From the human T2T-CHM13v2.0 reference genome, Homo sapiens: a stretch of 64,000 nucleotides of DNA. This document shows, one piece after another, positions 61,343 to 64,000 of this stretch; the stretch's first letter is position 1, and each line of letters opens with the position of its first letter. The DNA is taken from NCBI RefSeq assembly GCF_009914755.1, contig NC_060931.1; one strand, 5' to 3'. Below the pieces are notes generated by a model that saw nothing but the letters and a program-made list of their open reading frames with translations, ran no database searches and had not been told where the DNA came from. A program made the position numbers and the translations under genes.

Positions 61343-62984
61343 CATCCGAAGTTAAAATAGAAAATAGAAGTATCGAATTTTTCCTTACTGGGGATTGTTA
61401 AAACTGAGTCCATCGCTTCTGGAGCACAGTCACTTTTTGAGGCAATATAAATCTCTCAAACTTATAAATTATCCAGCTATTGGTAATCCTTAGTTTTTCT
61501 TCCAAACTGGCAGTGCAAAAATGCAATGCTCTTTTCCTGGAATCATCTTTGTGTGGTTTATTATGGCGGGAATTCTAAGGACCCCCTTAAGCCTGTGAGG
61601 GGGAATACTGGGGACAATTCCTAGGGTTCGGGTGCTTTGTGCTTTATAAGCTATTCATGAAGTAGACAATCTGGATCCTTGTTAACAGGTCCAAATGGAA
61701 TAAGACAAGAAGTGTGAGCCAAAATTCCAAGCCAAGTGGGTCTGGAACCGTGAGTGGCTGCCAACTGGAAGAATCCCACAAATCAAGGAAAAAGCAGATT
61801 ATTGAGGGTGAAAGTGGAGATGAATCTGAGAGTCTAAGAAAATGTCTAGGCAGTAAAAATTTTTACTTTTTATCCACAGTGGTCCAATTTTGCTTCAGTT
61901 CTTCCATTCACTTTAAGTACCAACTGTTTTTGATGCTATTCTTAGGGAGATTTGATTTCTCCAATGCTCTTGAAAAATTCTCTGCAATTAATTTCTTTTG
62001 TCCTTGTAAAAGGCTCCTTTGTCCCTTCAGTCATAATAATAATGATGATAAAATAGCAACTAGCATTTATAGAAGATTTGTCACCTGTCTGGCAGTGTGC
62101 TAATATCTTAATTTTTTGGCCTCTATTCTGCCTCTCTTTAATTTGAAGGTTAAGCCTGAACTATGATTTTAAGAATGTTCTTGATAGCCAGTTGCTTTTG
62201 GCAGAGAAAACTAATATCTAGAGAGAGTGGGTTACAGAAACTCCCATGCATTCTCTCTGTTTGTTTTTGGAAGAGTAATAGCCTCCCTGCTCACAAGGTT
62301 TTGCCTGAAGAATTTCATGTTCATGATTGTGTTGCATACCTCATCAGGGTTACTCAAGCTCAGCTCAGTTCTTGAATATTATGCATAAGAAAACAGCAAG
62401 GCCAGCCAGGTTGATTGGTTCTGCTACTCTGAAGCCAGATAGCAGGGTCAGGAATTGTTGCTGAGGGGATAAGGAAGTAGAATTCTAGGATCTGGGGTCC
62501 TAGAAATCAGGAAAGGAAAGTATTTCATGGTGATTGTTCTGAGAGACCCACCAAGCTTTTGTAGTATTCTGGCTTGGACCAGGAAGTCATGTTCACCTAC
62601 TCTCCCCCTGGAGTTATTGGATTCTTAGTGCTTCTACCTATTCGTATTTGGAGTCACCTTCTTTAGTTAGAGAAGACTGAAAGTAATTGAACCCCCAAGG
62701 AATCAGACACCAGATCCTTGCTGCTGTTATCTCTGACACTTTCATCCAAAGACTAAGGAGCTGCCCAATTCACAGAAGCCATAATACCCTTTTGATTTTT
62801 GGTTCAGCATGTGAATGTCCTTTTAAGTCCCAGATTTCATTGCTATAAATATTTGGTTATTACATATTACAACCATATAGGGGCCTGAAACATTAGACAA
62901 AGGTAGAGAATGTATGTGAGCAGCTTCACACACACACACAAAAAAGTAAAACAGTAGCTCATACTCAAGGGCAGATGTGGTTAC

Positions 62985-63180
62985 AAGGGCTTTAAATACA
63001 TTAACTCATTCAGTTTTCTTCATAACATTATGAGGTAGGTTCTATCATTATTCCCATTTTACATATGTAGAAACTGAAGCATAGAGAAATGAAACAAGGT
63101 CGCAGAACCACATGTGGCAGGGGCAGGACTCAAACCCAGGAAATCTGGTTCTACCAGCTGTGTTCTTAACCACTACACAG
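62985..63180 (-). mobile_element. MIR
   Basis: tatgaggtaggt...cccattttacatatgtagaaactgaagcatagaga...ggactcaaacccagg. Confidence 0.8.
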
Positions 63181-64000
63181 AAAGTTATATTTAAATTTAT
63201 GTATATAAATAATGTATAAATTTCACCTCACTCTTGTTTATGTAGAGTGTTTTCATAAGGTGGATTAGGTTAGATGTTCTGTAGTCTGCCACTTAGACAG
63301 AATATTAATATGTTATTAATATGTTGAAGTTTCACCAGGGTCAACTACCATGCTGTTTTGTAAATTAACTTGGTTGTGCTCTAGTCAAACTGCGTTGGGA
63401 AGTGAAAGGCTTTTCATTTTGGGTCTTCCTCATTTACTCACAGACAACGCCAGCTGTGTCCAAGTGGCTTATTTCTTAACTATAATTTAACAAACGCTGC
63501 TATATGATTACATCATTTTATTTAGAAAATTGAAATGTGGCAATACAGGCTCTTGGAGTACAAAAATAAAACAGGATCTGGTGATGTTTGGCAGCATAAT
63601 TTCAAGAAAATGCTCAAAAATATTCAGTGAGAAATATGTCAGGGTTATTCAGAAGCGTATGCCTATAAGGCCTTTCATGCTGTTATTTCCATGAAAAAAA
63701 CATGTTCTCGACACAAATGGCATCATTGTTTTTAGTTAAATTAAATGCCTGAGTAAAATAATTATGAACTGCTTCATTCCATTGTGTCTCATCCTAGCCA
63801 AGGGTGGTTACTCTTAATATTAAGCAATTTGTTATTTTCTAAGGGGTAGCTAGGCAGTGTTTAGCATGTATTAAGTTAAAGAAGTGTCATCACAAATACA
63901 AGGACAGGTATATTGGTATATAATTCTAGTTTATAAATTGAACATTAAATAACTGAATGTACATCTACATAAACAATTTGAATTAACCTTATTATGTTCC

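Overview
This is eukaryotic, primate genomic DNA, most likely human or great ape: AT-rich and dense in Alu, L1, MIR, L2, LTR and DNA-transposon remnants. It holds the 3' end of MDFIC on the + strand. That comprises the end of the last intron (1-18483), the terminal coding exon for the 82-aa, 24-Cys I-mfa domain (18484-18731) and a ~4 kb 3'UTR ending near AATAAA 22702. Downstream is intergenic DNA dominated by a full-length but disabled L1PA2/3-type LINE-1 on the minus strand (27883-33917, perfect 15-bp TSD). I see no prokaryote-type systems, CRISPR arrays or RNA genes, and most listed ORFs are repeat-derived noise. The two best leads are inferences from sequence only. (1) A 71-nt stop-containing cassette with strong splice sites (17259-17329) sits 1.15 kb upstream of an unusually weak, purine-rich acceptor for the I-mfa exon, suggesting an unproductive-splicing switch. 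(2) The L1 antisense promoter carries an extended 156-aa ORF0 and an intact splice donor, next to an exonisation-ready antisense Alu. Repeat subfamily names and boundaries are by eye and approximate.
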